Origin: an uncultured Gammaproteobacteria bacterium
GTDB lineage: Bacteria; Pseudomonadota; Gammaproteobacteria; JAKDMP01
Reading direction: 5' to 3'
Assembly (NCBI GenBank): GCA_964586925.1
Contig: CAZPJI010000002.1
Coordinates: 64,039 to 128,038, forward strand
Length of the DNA stretch: 64,000 nt
Shown here piece after piece: positions 1 to 10,290 of this stretch. Numbering within the stretch: the stretch's first letter is position 1; each line of letters starts with the position of its first letter. The notes under the pieces are model-generated. The model was not told the origin of the DNA. It did no database searches and saw only the letters and a program-made list of their open reading frames with translations. The position numbers were made by a program, and so were the translations under genes.

Positions 1-381
<381 letters not shown>

Positions 382-449
382 TTAACTCGAATTCAACGCA
401 GTGTGATGATAGCGGCAGACGCCCCATGCGTCCAGAATTCCGGTGCTCC

Positions 450-1016
450 TCAGCCCGCCTCGCCGATCTCCAGCAGGCGCCCATGCACCGCCCCGGCACG
501 CACCTCGCGATACACGCGCCAGTGCGGGCTCAGCATCGTTTCCCCGCCCGCGCTTTCCTCGATATAGACGCATGCTCCCGGGGTTATAAATCCGGCCTTG
601 TACAGGCGCTCGAGCACCGGACCAACCAACCCGCTCGCGTAGGGCGGATCGACGAAGACGAGGTCAAAAGCCCCCTCGTCGCGGGAAAGATAGCGCATGG
701 CGTCCATGCACAGGACAGTCGCCGAAGTGGCGCCCAGAAGGTCGATATTGGCCTCGAGCGCCCGCACTGCCGTGCGGGAAGCTTCGACGAACACGGTCTC
801 GGACGCCCCGCGCGAAATCGCCTCGAGACCCAGGGCCCCGCTGCCGGCAAACAGGTCCAGTACGCGGCGGCCCTCGATCCAGGGACCCAGCCAATTGAAC
901 AAGGTCTCACGCACGCGATCCGGCGTCGGGCGGAGGTCCGGGCCCGCCGGAACCTGCAGGCGCCGGCTGCGCCAGACCCCCCCGATCAACCGCAATTGTC
1001 CTTTTCGGCGCGCCAT
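450..1016 (-). CDS. rsmD: 16S rRNA (guanine966-N2)-methyltransferase RsmD
   Basis: 188-aa ORF with LDLFAGSGALGLEA (SAM-binding) and DPPY (N6/N2-methyltransferase) motifs. The rsmD-coaD gene order matches the conserved arrangement. Confidence 0.85.
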   Translation of the reverse strand: MARRKGQLRLIGGVWRSRRLQVPAGPDLRPTPDRVRETLFNWLGPWIEGRRVLDLFAGSGALGLEAISRGASETVFVEASRTAVRALEANIDLLGATSATVLCMDAMRYLSRDEGAFDLVFVDPPYASGLVGPVLERLYKAGFITPGACVYIEESAGGETMLSPHWRVYREVRAGAVHGRLLEIGEAG

Positions 1017-1138
1017 TTCAGCCTCGTCCAGACTGACGGTGATTGCACTGGACGCCAGATCGTGCTTTACTTTCAGACGTTTGATTGGCCCATACGCCGG
1101 ATTTGGGCGTGTACTTATTCATTGTGGAGGATGGCGCC

Positions 1139-3265
1139 ATGCTGAAACGAATTCCCCTGGTACTGATTGCTTCGTTTGCTTTGCTGGCCGGCTGCGGCGT
1201 AAGCAGCAACAATCCGCCGCCGAGCAACAGTTTCCAAGCCGAGTTTTATATTACAAGCACTGTCAGCAATTATTCGACGGGCTTCAACATACCCTTCCCG
1301 AATGACCTCTACTTCAACGGCTCGACAGATGGAACAGTCAATATCCCAGGGCTAACCGATCCCAGCAATTACTCCGACCCGCTGGTTGCCATCAACGCGC
1401 TGGATGGATTCTCCAGCACCGCGCCCATCACGGAACAGTTCAACAAACCCATTGACCCCAAATCCCTTTCGGGCAACATCTATGTCTTCTCGGTCACCAC
1501 CGATCCGACCCAGGGTTACGCCGTCACCGGCGTCAACGGCCTGCTCACGGAAGGCACCGACTACACGCTGAGCGTCTCGAGTTCCGATCCCTCGGTGCTG
1601 GAAATCACGCCGACCGGCACCCTGGGCGCCGACAAATCCTTCATGGTCGTGATTACCAGCGGGGTCAAGGACACCAACGGCGACCCGGCCCAGGCATCGC
1701 CCAATTTCACCACGATCAAAGACGCCCTCGCGACCAACAAAGTCCCCTCCAACCCGACACTTGCAAGCGTCATGCCTCTGTTCGGGGCCATGCTCACCGC
1801 CGCCAACCAAGCCGCCGGTATCACGCCGGACAAAGTCAGCATGATCTGGACCTTCACCACACAGTCGGAGGGCGACGTACTCCAGAACATTGCCAAAAAC
1901 GCGCAGCCGGGCACGATGGCCCTTCAGGACCTGGGCAAGACCACCAAGGACATCAACCCACAGCTCCAGGGCTACGCCGAAGTCTTCGTCGGCAAGCTGA
2001 GCATCCCCTACTACGCCGGCATCCCTTCGAGCAGCGACCCGACCGCGCCGTTGACCAATTTCTGGCATGCCGCCAACGGCGGTTTCCTGACCCGCTACAA
2101 CACCCAGGCAGCGCCCACGGGCACGGTGACCGTGCCAGTCATCATGACGATCCCGGCTCAGGGCTCGCCCTATTTTGCGGGTGGCGGCACCTATCCCTCC
2201 GCCGGCTGGCCGGTGGCCATCTTCCAGCACGGCATCACCCGCGACCGGCTCGATGATCTGGCCGTGGCGGACACGTTCGCGCAGTTCGGCATTGCCACCA
2301 TCGCCATCGACCTGCCGCTGCACGGCGTGACCGACCCGAACAACCCGTTCTATGACAACCAGCTCGCCGCCGGCGCGCCCACCAATGTGACTACCGGAGT
2401 CGAGGAGCGCACGTTCAATCTCCCGGCCCCAGCGCCCGCAACGGGCATAGCGGCATCGGGCACGTACTTCATCAATCTCAACTATCTGCTCACCAGTCGC
2501 GACAATCTGCGCGAATCGGTGGCGGATCTCCTGCACCTGACCGAAACTCTGCCATCTGCGCAATTCGGCACGATCAACAGCGGAACCCCAACCATCGAGA
2601 AGTTCAACACGCTGGCCACCTACTACTCGAGCATTTCGCTGGGCTCGATCGTCGGCATTCCCTACCTGGCGGAAGTGCCCAACATCCCCGGCTACGGAAC
2701 CAGCATTGATGTACAGTCGGCCACGCTGTCGGAACCGGGCGGCAAGATCGCCTACCTGCTCCAGACCTCGCCGACCTTCAGCCCGGAGATCAACCAGGGC
2801 CTTGCCCAGATCGGCCTGGTTCCGGGAACGCTTGGCTATGACACCTTCTTCCAGGATGCCCAGACCGCAGTTGATTCGGGCGACCCGCTGAACTATGCCG
2901 CGACCGCAGCCGCCAACATACCGATCAACATGACCGAAGTCGTCGGCAGCTCCTCCAATCCGCCGGATCAGGTCGTGCCCAACTGGACCGAGGATCTCTT
3001 GGTCAATGCCATGGGCCTGAAGACCTACACCACGTCGACTGTAGACACCAGTGGTATCCGCGGCCTGGTGAAGTTCAACTCGGGTGTTCATGGATCGTTG
3101 CTGGATCCGACCTCCGATCCGCTGGTCACCCAGCAGATGCAGATCGAGATGGGCGTGTTCGCGGGCGGCTGCCTGCCTGGCAGCGTACCGGGCTGCCCAT
3201 CCACTGGCGGGCTGCCGAACGGACAGACCATGGACATCGCGATTCCGAGCGTCGTGGTGCCCTGA
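1139..3265 (+). CDS. Large secreted lipoprotein, ~708 aa. It may be a lipase/esterase-like hydrolase, but that function is not established
   Basis: The N-terminus MLKRIPLVLIASFALLAGCGV is a type II signal peptide with a lipobox (LAGC). A GGAGGA RBS sits 8 nt upstream of the ATG at 1139. The protein is long and Thr/Ser/Gly/Pro-rich. It has a weak SISLGS motif but no canonical GxSxG. A rho-independent terminator follows. The lipase assignment is only a guess. Confidence 0.55.
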   Translation: MLKRIPLVLIASFALLAGCGVSSNNPPPSNSFQAEFYITSTVSNYSTGFNIPFPNDLYFNGSTDGTVNIPGLTDPSNYSDPLVAINALDGFSSTAPITEQFNKPIDPKSLSGNIYVFSVTTDPTQGYAVTGVNGLLTEGTDYTLSVSSSDPSVLEITPTGTLGADKSFMVVITSGVKDTNGDPAQASPNFTTIKDALATNKVPSNPTLASVMPLFGAMLTAANQAAGITPDKVSMIWTFTTQSEGDVLQNIAKNAQPGTMALQDLGKTTKDINPQLQGYAEVFVGKLSIPYYAGIPSSSDPTAPLTNFWHAANGGFLTRYNTQAAPTGTVTVPVIMTIPAQGSPYFAGGGTYPSAGWPVAIFQHGITRDRLDDLAVADTFAQFGIATIAIDLPLHGVTDPNNPFYDNQLAAGAPTNVTTGVEERTFNLPAPAPATGIAASGTYFINLNYLLTSRDNLRESVADLLHLTETLPSAQFGTINSGTPTIEKFNTLATYYSSISLGSIVGIPYLAEVPNIPGYGTSIDVQSATLSEPGGKIAYLLQTSPTFSPEINQGLAQIGLVPGTLGYDTFFQDAQTAVDSGDPLNYAATAAANIPINMTEVVGSSSNPPDQVVPNWTEDLLVNAMGLKTYTTSTVDTSGIRGLVKFNSGVHGSLLDPTSDPLVTQQMQIEMGVFAGGCLPGSVPGCPSTGGLPNGQTMDIAIPSVVVP

Positions 3266-3290
3266 CCCGGAGTCCTGTTAGGCAAATCAG

Positions 3291-3321
3291 GCGGGCAGCG
3301 GAAACGCTGCCCGCTTTTTTT
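3291..3321 (+). terminator. Rho-independent terminator downstream of the lipoprotein gene
   Basis: Stem gcgggcagcg / cgctgcccgc with a gaaa loop, followed by a run of seven T residues. Confidence 0.75.
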
Positions 3322-3411
3322 GAGGTCCTTTCCATACATTGATCGGCAAGGGCCCACGGAAGTCTCGTCGAGGCAAAACCCGCGCGCCCGACCCGCTAGA
3401 ATGTCCATGGC

Positions 3412-4308
3412 TTGACTGACAAGTTATCCATGCCTCCACGATTGTTCGAGCGGCTGCGAACCCGATTGAAAGCCGCGCCCCTCGTCGATACCGGCGAGAC
3501 CTTCGACGCGGAAACCCTTGAGACCCGGTTGCTCATGGCCGATGTCGGCGTTACTGCAACCGGCGATATCGTCGCGGCCGCGGAACAGGCCTCACGCGGC
3601 GGCGAATTGATCGCAACCGCCGTGGAGAAGCAAATCGAGACGCTTCTGGAACCGGCGGCAAAGCCACTCGAGATCAACGCCACCGCACGCCCGTTCGTGA
3701 TTCTGGTGACCGGCGTCAACGGCAGCGGCAAAACCACAAGCATCGCCAAACTGGCGCATCGCCTCAAGAGCGAAGGCCACGGCGTCATGCTGGCTGCCTG
3801 CGACACCTTCCGCGCGGCGGCCGTAGAGCAACTTGAACACTGGGGGGATCGCATCGGCGTGCCCGTGATGTCACAAGGTGCAGGAGCAGACCCGGCGGCC
3901 GTCGCCTTCGATGCCTGGCAAGCGGCCCACGCGCGCGGCATCGACGTGCTGATCGTAGACACGGCAGGCAGGCTGCACACGCAGGACCACCTCATGGCCG
4001 AGCTGGGCAAGATTCGCCGGGTGCTGGCGCGCCACGATCCGAATGCCCCCCACGAGACCTTACTGGTACTCGACGGCCACACGGGGCAAAATGCGCTCAT
4101 GCAGGCACGTGAATTTACCCGGGCGATAGGCACCACGGGACTGGTCATCACGAAGCTCGACGGCAGCGCCAAGGGCGGCGCCGTCGTGGCGATTACCCGT
4201 GAGTTGGAACTGCCCATCCGGTTCATCGGGCTCGGCGAAAGCATCGATGACCTCGAACCATTCAATGCCTCGGAATTCGCGGCCGCACTGGTGAAGGGCA
4301 AAACATGA
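3412..4308 (+). CDS. ftsY: Signal recognition particle receptor FtsY (short form lacking the acidic A-domain). Start is TTG at 3412, or ATG at 3430
   Basis: GVNGSGKTTSIAKLA (SRP GTPase P-loop), DTAGR, and the TKLDGSAKGG motif. ftsE-ftsX-rpoH lie downstream, matching the classic operon. Confidence 0.9.
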   Translation: MTDKLSMPPRLFERLRTRLKAAPLVDTGETFDAETLETRLLMADVGVTATGDIVAAAEQASRGGELIATAVEKQIETLLEPAAKPLEINATARPFVILVTGVNGSGKTTSIAKLAHRLKSEGHGVMLAACDTFRAAAVEQLEHWGDRIGVPVMSQGAGADPAAVAFDAWQAAHARGIDVLIVDTAGRLHTQDHLMAELGKIRRVLARHDPNAPHETLLVLDGHTGQNALMQAREFTRAIGTTGLVITKLDGSAKGGAVVAITRELELPIRFIGLGESIDDLEPFNASEFAAALVKGKT

Positions 4309-4982
4309 TCCGCTTCCTCGACGTCAGCAAGCGCTACCCGGGCGGGCACGAAGCCCTCAGCCACGTCAGTTTCGAACTCGAAGCCGGAGAAATGGTGTTC
4401 CTGACGGGCCATTCCGGCGCAGGCAAGTCGACCCTGCTCAAGCTGATTGCCCTGCTCGAACGGCCCACGCGCGGCCAGGTCCTGTTCGGCAAGCGCAACC
4501 TGGCCCACCTGCCGCGCTGGCGCATTCCTTATCACCGCCGCCACGTGGGTGTGGTCTTCCAGGACCATAAGCTGCTGACCGACCGCACCGTATTCGACAA
4601 CGTAGCTCTGCCGCTGGTGGTGACCGGGCACTCGCACCGGGAAATCGGCAAGCGTGTACGGGCCGCGCTCGACCAGGTGGATCTCCTCGACCGGGAAAAG
4701 GCCCGCCCGCTGGAGCTCTCTTCCGGCGAGCAGCAACGGGTCGGCATCGCGCGCGCCGTAGCGGGCAGGCCGCCGCTGCTGATCGCGGACGAACCGACCG
4801 GCAACTTGGATCCCGAGCTGTCGCTCGACATCATGCGTCTGTTCGAGCGCTTCAATTCAGTCGGCGTAACCGTGCTGATCGCCAGCCACGACCATGCCCT
4901 GCTCGCGCGCCTGGGCCACCGCGTGATGTCCCTGTCCCAGGGGGAATTAACCGCACCGAACCTGGTGACGTCCCATGGCTAA
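4305..4982 (+). CDS. ftsE: Cell division ABC transporter ATP-binding protein FtsE
   Basis: Walker A GHSGAGKST, ABC signature LSSGEQQRV, Walker B LLIADEPTGNLD. It overlaps the ftsY stop (ATGA) and lies upstream of ftsX. Confidence 0.9.
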   Translation: MIRFLDVSKRYPGGHEALSHVSFELEAGEMVFLTGHSGAGKSTLLKLIALLERPTRGQVLFGKRNLAHLPRWRIPYHRRHVGVVFQDHKLLTDRTVFDNVALPLVVTGHSHREIGKRVRAALDQVDLLDREKARPLELSSGEQQRVGIARAVAGRPPLLIADEPTGNLDPELSLDIMRLFERFNSVGVTVLIASHDHALLARLGHRVMSLSQGELTAPNLVTSHG

Positions 4983-4985
4983 GAA

Positions 4986-5258
4986 GGAACCCTTGATCTA
5001 TTCATACGCGGTCGCGCCGGTGTCATTGCGCGCGACTGGCAAGGAATGAGGAGTGAAGTTTGCTCATTGCAAATGAACGACGAATGACGCCGTCCAGGCG
5101 TGCGCAATGGCCCGGCCCCGAGGGGTTTGGCCCCAAAGGCCCGGCTGCTGCGTTACACCGGCTTGGCCATAGTCCCTGCTACGGCCCTGCGCCGCGCGCC
5201 TTGCATCCGGGCCTTTGGGACTCAAACGCGATTCGCGTATGAATAGATCAAGGGTTCC
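4986..5258. mobile_element. MITE-like or structured insert bounded by a perfect 25-bp terminal inverted repeat (ggaacccttgatctattcatacgcg ... cgcgtatgaatagatcaagggttcc)
   Basis: Read directly from the sequence. Positions 4986-5010 are the exact reverse complement of 5234-5258. The interior (~220 bp) is AT-richer than its surroundings. It contains nested inverted repeats: gtcgcgc/gcgcgac near 5011-5036 and ccaaaggcccgg/ccgggcctttgg. It separates ftsE and ftsX, which are normally adjacent or overlapping. Confidence 0.35.
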
Positions 5259-6204
5259 CGCCCCTCGTCCGCCCTCCCATCGTTTCCGGGCGCGGCTGCG
5301 GGCACTGCCGGCACAGCACGGACATGCCGCCTTTTCCAGCCTCGGGCGCCTGTGGCGCGGCCGCGGCGCCAGCCTGATGAGCATCGGCGTCGCCGCCATT
5401 GCCCTGGCGCTTCCGCTGGGACTGGCCGTACTGGTCCAGAATGCAACGGGCCTGACTGGCATTTCACGCGGTTCGGCCCGCATCTCCGTGTTTCTTCAAC
5501 CCGGTGCCAGTGACCAGACGCTCACCAAGACGCGTACCGCGGTCGATTCTTTGGCGGGTGTGCTTTCGGTCAAGACCATCACATCCGCGCAAGCCCTGAA
5601 CGAATTCAAGCACCTCGCCGCCTTTCACCAGGCGCTGACGGCGCTGCAGAGCAATCCGCTGCCGCCGGTGCTGGTCGTCACGCCCAGCGATTCGCGGGTC
5701 GGCTCGGTCGAGCAGCTGGCGGGCAAATTGAGAACGCTGTCCGGCGTCGACCAAGTGGTGACCGACAGCACCTGGATCGCGCGTCTCAACGCAATGCTCT
5801 CGATCGCCCGCCGCGCCGTCTGGGTCCTCGGGGCCCTGCTGGCCCTGGCCGTGCTACTGGTCATCGGCAACACCGTGCGGCTGGAAATCCAGAACCGGCG
5901 CACGGAGGTGGAAGTGCAGAAGCTGGTCGGGGCCACCAATGCCTTCGTGCGCCGCCCCTTCCTCTACGGAGGGTTGTGGTATGGGGCCTGGGGGGGCGTC
6001 ACGGCCTGGATCCTGGTCGAGATTGCGCTGGCCCTGCTTGCGGCACCGGTCGCCCGTCTGGCACATCTGTATTCCAGCTCGGCCCAACTCGATGGCCCCG
6101 GTTTCTCCGGCCTGGTGGGCATGATCGCGATGGGAGCCGCTCTCGGCTGGCTGGGCGCCCTGGTGGCCGTAGGACGCCATCTGCGAGCGATCGAACCCGG
6201 TTAG
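5239..6204 (+). CDS. ftsX: Cell division permease FtsX
   Basis: It follows ftsE. The basic N-terminus is followed by TM1 (IGVAAIALALPLGLAVLV), a periplasmic domain, and three C-terminal TM helices, which is the typical FtsX topology. The start ATG at 5239 lies inside the right arm of the 25-bp inverted repeat. Confidence 0.8.
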   Translation: MNRSRVPAPRPPSHRFRARLRALPAQHGHAAFSSLGRLWRGRGASLMSIGVAAIALALPLGLAVLVQNATGLTGISRGSARISVFLQPGASDQTLTKTRTAVDSLAGVLSVKTITSAQALNEFKHLAAFHQALTALQSNPLPPVLVVTPSDSRVGSVEQLAGKLRTLSGVDQVVTDSTWIARLNAMLSIARRAVWVLGALLALAVLLVIGNTVRLEIQNRRTEVEVQKLVGATNAFVRRPFLYGGLWYGAWGGVTAWILVEIALALLAAPVARLAHLYSSSAQLDGPGFSGLVGMIAMGAALGWLGALVAVGRHLRAIEPG

Positions 6205-6366
6205 GCCAAATATCCCGCCTCTTTACCGGAACCACCCTTGATTTGCGTCAGTGCGCCCCCATCAATAATCAAATAACGTGACGGTTAGCCAACACCGGGA
6301 ACCCCGGACAGGTTTGGCAGTCTAATTCCACGAGTGCTAAAATTGCACGGTAAAGGAGGGACTTAC

Positions 6367-7233
6367 ATGACTCAGGCGCTGGCCACCATCGACCGCAACC
6401 TCACGCTGAACCCCAATGGCAGCGTGGAGGCCTATATGGGTGCGGTCCGCCAGATTCCGATCCTGTCCCCCACCGAGGAGCAGGCGCTGGCTCACCGTTA
6501 CCGCGACGACGGCGACGTGGATGCCGCGCGCCAGCTCGTCCTCTCCCACCTGCGCTTCGTCGTACATGTGGCCCGCGGCTACCGTGGCTACGGCCTGCCG
6601 CTGGGCGACCTGATCCAGGAAGGCAACGTCGGGCTGATGAAGGCGGTCAAACGCTTTGACCCCGAAGTTGGGGTGCGTCTGATCTCCTTCGCCGTGCACT
6701 GGATCCGTGCCGAGATCCACGAATTCATCCTGCGCAACTGGCGTATCGTCAAAGTCGCGACCACCAAGGCCCAGCGCAAGCTGTTCTTCAACCTGCGCCA
6801 GTCCAAGCAACGCCTCGGGTGGCTCAACCAGAAGGAAATCCAGGCCGTGGCCGAAGACCTCGGCGTACCGGAACGCGAAGTTGTGGAGATGGAATCGCGC
6901 CTGGCCGGCCAGGATGTCGGCTTCGACCTCCCGACCGACAACGACGACGAAGACGCCACCTTCGCTCCCGTGGCCTACCTCGAGGCCCCGACCGAGAGCG
7001 ATCCCGCCGTGATGCTCGAGGAAACGAATACCGCCGCCGACGGCAAGCGCCGCCTGCGCGAGAGCCTCACCCAACTCGACGAGCGCAGCCGCGACATCGT
7101 GCGCCGCCGCTGGTTGAGCGAATCCAAGGCGACCCTGCACGAGCTCGCCGACGAATACGGCGTCTCCGCCGAGCGCATCCGCCAGATAGAAGCTGGTGCC
7201 CTGAAGAAAATGCGTGGCACCATGGCAGCCTGA
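6367..7233 (+). CDS. rpoH: RNA polymerase sigma-32 heat-shock factor RpoH
   Basis: Carries the RpoH box QRKLFFNLR, region 2 ([18 protein letters not shown]) and region 4 ([20 protein letters not shown]). RBS AAAGGAGGG sits 6 nt upstream. It lies downstream of ftsYEX as in E. coli. Confidence 0.92.
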   Translation: MTQALATIDRNLTLNPNGSVEAYMGAVRQIPILSPTEEQALAHRYRDDGDVDAARQLVLSHLRFVVHVARGYRGYGLPLGDLIQEGNVGLMKAVKRFDPEVGVRLISFAVHWIRAEIHEFILRNWRIVKVATTKAQRKLFFNLRQSKQRLGWLNQKEIQAVAEDLGVPEREVVEMESRLAGQDVGFDLPTDNDDEDATFAPVAYLEAPTESDPAVMLEETNTAADGKRRLRESLTQLDERSRDIVRRRWLSESKATLHELADEYGVSAERIRQIEAGALKKMRGTMAA

Positions 7234-7256
7234 GCACGGCCCGGACTGAATCGATC

Positions 7257-7283
7257 AACGCCGCCTCCGGGCGGCGTTTTCTT
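7257..7283 (+). terminator. Rho-independent terminator after rpoH
   Basis: Stem aacgccgcc / ggcggcgtt with a tccg loop, followed by TTTTCTT. Confidence 0.7.
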
Positions 7284-7328
7284 ATCCGCGCTTTGCCTCA
7301 TACCTCTCCCCCGCGATCATGACAATTG

Positions 7329-7342
7329 TCATCCCAAAGTCC
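7329..7342. promoter_or_regulatory. Perfect 14-bp palindrome ATGACAATTGTCAT with additional TGACA/TGTCA half-sites downstream. Putative operator upstream of the ABC/two-component operon
   Basis: The palindrome is read directly. Additional cTGACAaacagg and ctgtcatc...ggtgacag inverted half-sites occur between 7350 and 7410. All lie in the rpoH-ABC intergenic region. Confidence 0.35.
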
Positions 7343-7411
7343 TGACAAACAGGGCTACCGCCTAAAATTGAATTCGATCATCCTGTCATCAACTTTTCCC
7401 GGTGACAGACC

Positions 7412-8329
7412 ATGCCTGCCCAAGATTTCAGCCATCCCATCGCCAGGCTATCCAATCTCACAAAACGCTATGGCGGTGTTACGGCCGTCGACGATATCAA
7501 CCTCGATATCCGCCGAGGCGAAATTCTGGCCTTACTCGGACCCAATGGGGCCGGTAAAACGACAAGCGTAAATCTTCTGCTGGGTCTTGCGCAGCCTTCC
7601 GCAGGCAAGACCGAACTCTTCGGCCAGTCGCCCCACTCGGTGGAAGTTCGCAGACGTATCGGCGTCATGCTGCAGGACGCCCGACTAGCCGGGCAGGCCC
7701 GCGTGCGCGAAGTCATCGCGCTCTACGCCGGCTACTACCCGGAACCCATGTCGGTGCGCGAAACACTGGAACTGGCCGGCATCGAAGATATCGCCGAACG
7801 CCCCGTCAACAAGCTCTCCGGGGGACAGAAGCAGCGGCTGATGTTCGCGCTCGCCGTGTGCGGCAACCCGGAGTTGCTATTTCTCGACGAGCCGACGGCA
7901 GGGCTCGACGTGGAGGCCCGGCGTGCACTCTGGGAGACAGTCCGCACGCTGGCCGAGGATGGGCGCACCATCGTGCTCACCACGCATTACCTGGAGGAAG
8001 CCGACGCGCTGGCGGACCGTATCGTCGTGATTACCCGCGGCCGCATCGCCGCGACCGGATCCCCGGCCGAGATCAAACGCAGCGTCGCCCAACGGCGCAT
8101 TCGTTGCGTGACCCGGATCCCCGTGCCGCAATTAGAGACACTCCCCGGTGTAAGCGCCGTAGCGCGAATCGGCGAGCAGGTGGAAATCGTCTCCGCACGG
8201 CCCGAGCCCGTCGTGTACAAACTGCTGCAGATGGACAGCACATTGCACGACCTGGAGGTCGGAGGCGCGCGCCTCGAGGAAGCATTTATCGCACTGACCG
8301 GAAACCACACCACGGAGAAAGCCGCATGA
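7412..8329 (+). CDS. ABC transporter ATP-binding protein (ABC-2 / drug-exporter type)
   Basis: Walker A GPNGAGKTT, signature LSGGQKQRL, Walker B LLFLDEPTAGLD, H-loop. It is followed by an overlapping ABC-2 permease gene. Confidence 0.88.
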   Translation: MPAQDFSHPIARLSNLTKRYGGVTAVDDINLDIRRGEILALLGPNGAGKTTSVNLLLGLAQPSAGKTELFGQSPHSVEVRRRIGVMLQDARLAGQARVREVIALYAGYYPEPMSVRETLELAGIEDIAERPVNKLSGGQKQRLMFALAVCGNPELLFLDEPTAGLDVEARRALWETVRTLAEDGRTIVLTTHYLEEADALADRIVVITRGRIAATGSPAEIKRSVAQRRIRCVTRIPVPQLETLPGVSAVARIGEQVEIVSARPEPVVYKLLQMDSTLHDLEVGGARLEEAFIALTGNHTTEKAA

Positions 8330-9105
8330 ATACCGCGACCCTGAATACCTGGCGCCGGCGCGACACGCTGGCCGTCTACCTGCGCGAAGCCGCCTTCCAG
8401 TTCTGGACCGTGCTGCGCACACCCGGCTTCGCGTTGCCGACCCTGCTCTTCCCCACCATTTTCTACCTCTTTTTCGGGCTGTTGTTCGGTCATGACAAAG
8501 ACGGCAACGTCGCGACCTACATGCTCGCCACCTACGGCACCTTCGGCATCATGGCACCCGCACTATTCGGATTCGGCGTGGGCATCGCCATGGAGCGCGA
8601 GCACGGCATCCTCGCCTTGAAGCGCGTCAGCCCCATGCCGCCGATGGCCTACCTGTTCGCCAAGGCAATGATGGCCATGCTCTTCGCGCTCGTCATACTC
8701 ACCCTATTATCGGCGCTGGGCGTCCTGTTCGGGCACGTACGCTTGACTGGCGGACAGTGGTTCACGTTGTACCTGACGTTGATCCTCGGCACCCTGCCCT
8801 TCTGCGCCCTGGGTCTCGCTATCGGACTACGTGCCGGAGGCCAGTCCTCGCCCGCGATCATCAATCTCATCTACCTGCCCATGTCGATCCTGTCGGGACT
8901 CTGGGTGCCACTGCACCTGTTCCCCCATTGGCTGCAGGCATTCGCACAGGCACTGCCCGCCTATCATCTGTCGCGTATCGCGCTGGGCATCGTGCACATG
9001 AGCGGCGACAGCCATCCCCTAGTCCATCTGATCTACCTCGCCGGATTCACCGGTGTCTGCCTGTTTGCGGCGCTGCGGGGCTGGCGCCGCATCCAGGACC
9101 GCTGA
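8326..9105 (+). CDS. ABC-2 family transporter permease
   Basis: 259 aa with six predicted TM helices and no ATPase motifs. Its start ATGA overlaps the stop of the ATPase gene. The LSGLWVP region is typical of ABC-2 permeases. Confidence 0.75.
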   Translation: MNTATLNTWRRRDTLAVYLREAAFQFWTVLRTPGFALPTLLFPTIFYLFFGLLFGHDKDGNVATYMLATYGTFGIMAPALFGFGVGIAMEREHGILALKRVSPMPPMAYLFAKAMMAMLFALVILTLLSALGVLFGHVRLTGGQWFTLYLTLILGTLPFCALGLAIGLRAGGQSSPAIINLIYLPMSILSGLWVPLHLFPHWLQAFAQALPAYHLSRIALGIVHMSGDSHPLVHLIYLAGFTGVCLFAALRGWRRIQDR

Positions 9106-9132
9106 TTCCTTTCGATGGCTTAATCTAGTGCC

Positions 9133-10290
9133 ATGAACGGCAAGCCATTCCTGCGATCCCTGACGGCACCTTTTCTCTGGGTGCACCATCGCCTGCTTCC
9201 CCGAGGATCGGTAGCCGAATGGACGGCTTACCTCTGGCTTTGCTGGTTGGGCCTGTTCTTCGTCGACACGCCGGCGGCGCCGACCCTGATCGTCACGCTC
9301 GTGGCCATCGCCCTTTTTTTGCCCCTGTATTTCCGTTGCTTCTGGGCCGCACACCGGGAACGCCTCCTGATCATCGGTGCAGTCGCGGTGCTGGGCTTCG
9401 CCCTGACCCCGTTCAACGCCAGCGGCGGCGGCTTTCTCATCTATGCCGGCGCGTTCATCGGCTTCACCTTCGCGCGCCCCCGCGATGCCATGATAGCCCT
9501 CGCCGTGCTCGCCGCCGCGGGCAGCATCGAGTATATGCTGCTCGGCTTCAGCTTCATCCAGTGGTTCTGGGTCCCCATGGTGACGCTCGTTATCGGCATG
9601 GCCAACGTGTGGGGCGCGGAACGCCACCGGCAACTCTGTGCGCTCCGGCAATCGCAGGACGAGGTCAAGCGCCTCGCGGCGACGGCAGAGCGAGAGCGCA
9701 TCGGCCGCGACCTGCACGACCTGCTCGGGCATACGTTGACGCTGATCACCGTCAAGGCCGAACTGGCTGCGCGACTGGCAGAACGCGACCTGGCCGGTGC
9801 CGCCCGGGAGATCCGCGAGGTCGAACACATCTCCCGAGAGGCGCTGCAGCAAGTACGCGAAGCCGTGGGCGGCTACCGTGCCGGTGGCCTGCAGACGGAA
9901 CTCGCCAACGCCCGCGCCGCGCTGACATCCGCAAGCGTGGGACTGGACGAAAAAGTCGAACCGCCCGCCCTGTCGGCGATGCAGGACTCGCTCCTCGCCA
10001 TGGTGCTGCGCGAAGCGATCACCAACGTTATCCGGCATGCCAACGCCCGGCACTGCCGCATCGAGCTGGATGACCACGACCGGCAGGTCCGCCTGATCGT
10101 CAGCGACGACGGGCACGGCGGCGACATGCGGGAGGGCAACGGCCTCAAGGGCATGCGCGAACGCCTGCAGAAAGTCGCTGGTCGGCTCGACATCGCCTCC
10201 GGCCGCCAGGGGACTCGCCTGTCCGTCCTGATGCCTCTCCAGCCTGCTACGCCAGATGACGCCCCGCCGCTGGAAGGGGGATCGGCGTGA
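9133..10290 (+). CDS. Sensor histidine kinase, HisKA_3 / NarL-partner family, intramembrane-sensing type
   Basis: N-terminal ~170 aa consist of 5-6 TM helices with almost no periplasmic loop. The H-box is ERERIGRDLHDLLGHTLTLI (HisKA_3). HATPase_c N-box is LREAITNVIRHA with G-boxes DDGHGG and GNGLKGMRERL. The gene overlaps the downstream response regulator. Confidence 0.85.
   Translation: MNGKPFLRSLTAPFLWVHHRLLPRGSVAEWTAYLWLCWLGLFFVDTPAAPTLIVTLVAIALFLPLYFRCFWAAHRERLLIIGAVAVLGFALTPFNASGGGFLIYAGAFIGFTFARPRDAMIALAVLAAAGSIEYMLLGFSFIQWFWVPMVTLVIGMANVWGAERHRQLCALRQSQDEVKRLAATAERERIGRDLHDLLGHTLTLITVKAELAARLAERDLAGAAREIREVEHISREALQQVREAVGGYRAGGLQTELANARAALTSASVGLDEKVEPPALSAMQDSLLAMVLREAITNVIRHANARHCRIELDDHDRQVRLIVSDDGHGGDMREGNGLKGMRERLQKVAGRLDIASGRQGTRLSVLMPLQPATPDDAPPLEGGSA

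Noticed and set aside
1352-3091. 579-aa minus-strand ORF antisense to the lipoprotein gene
   Set aside because: It has Arg/Gly/Val-rich composition typical of an out-of-frame high-GC shadow ORF. The plus-strand gene has a signal peptide, RBS and terminator.
6205-6366. Possible sigma-E / sigma-70 promoters upstream of rpoH (GGAACC ... TCAGT; TTGATT-N17-ATCAAT)
   Set aside because: The hexamer matches are weak (4/6) and the spacing is ambiguous. They are not reported as features without TSS data.
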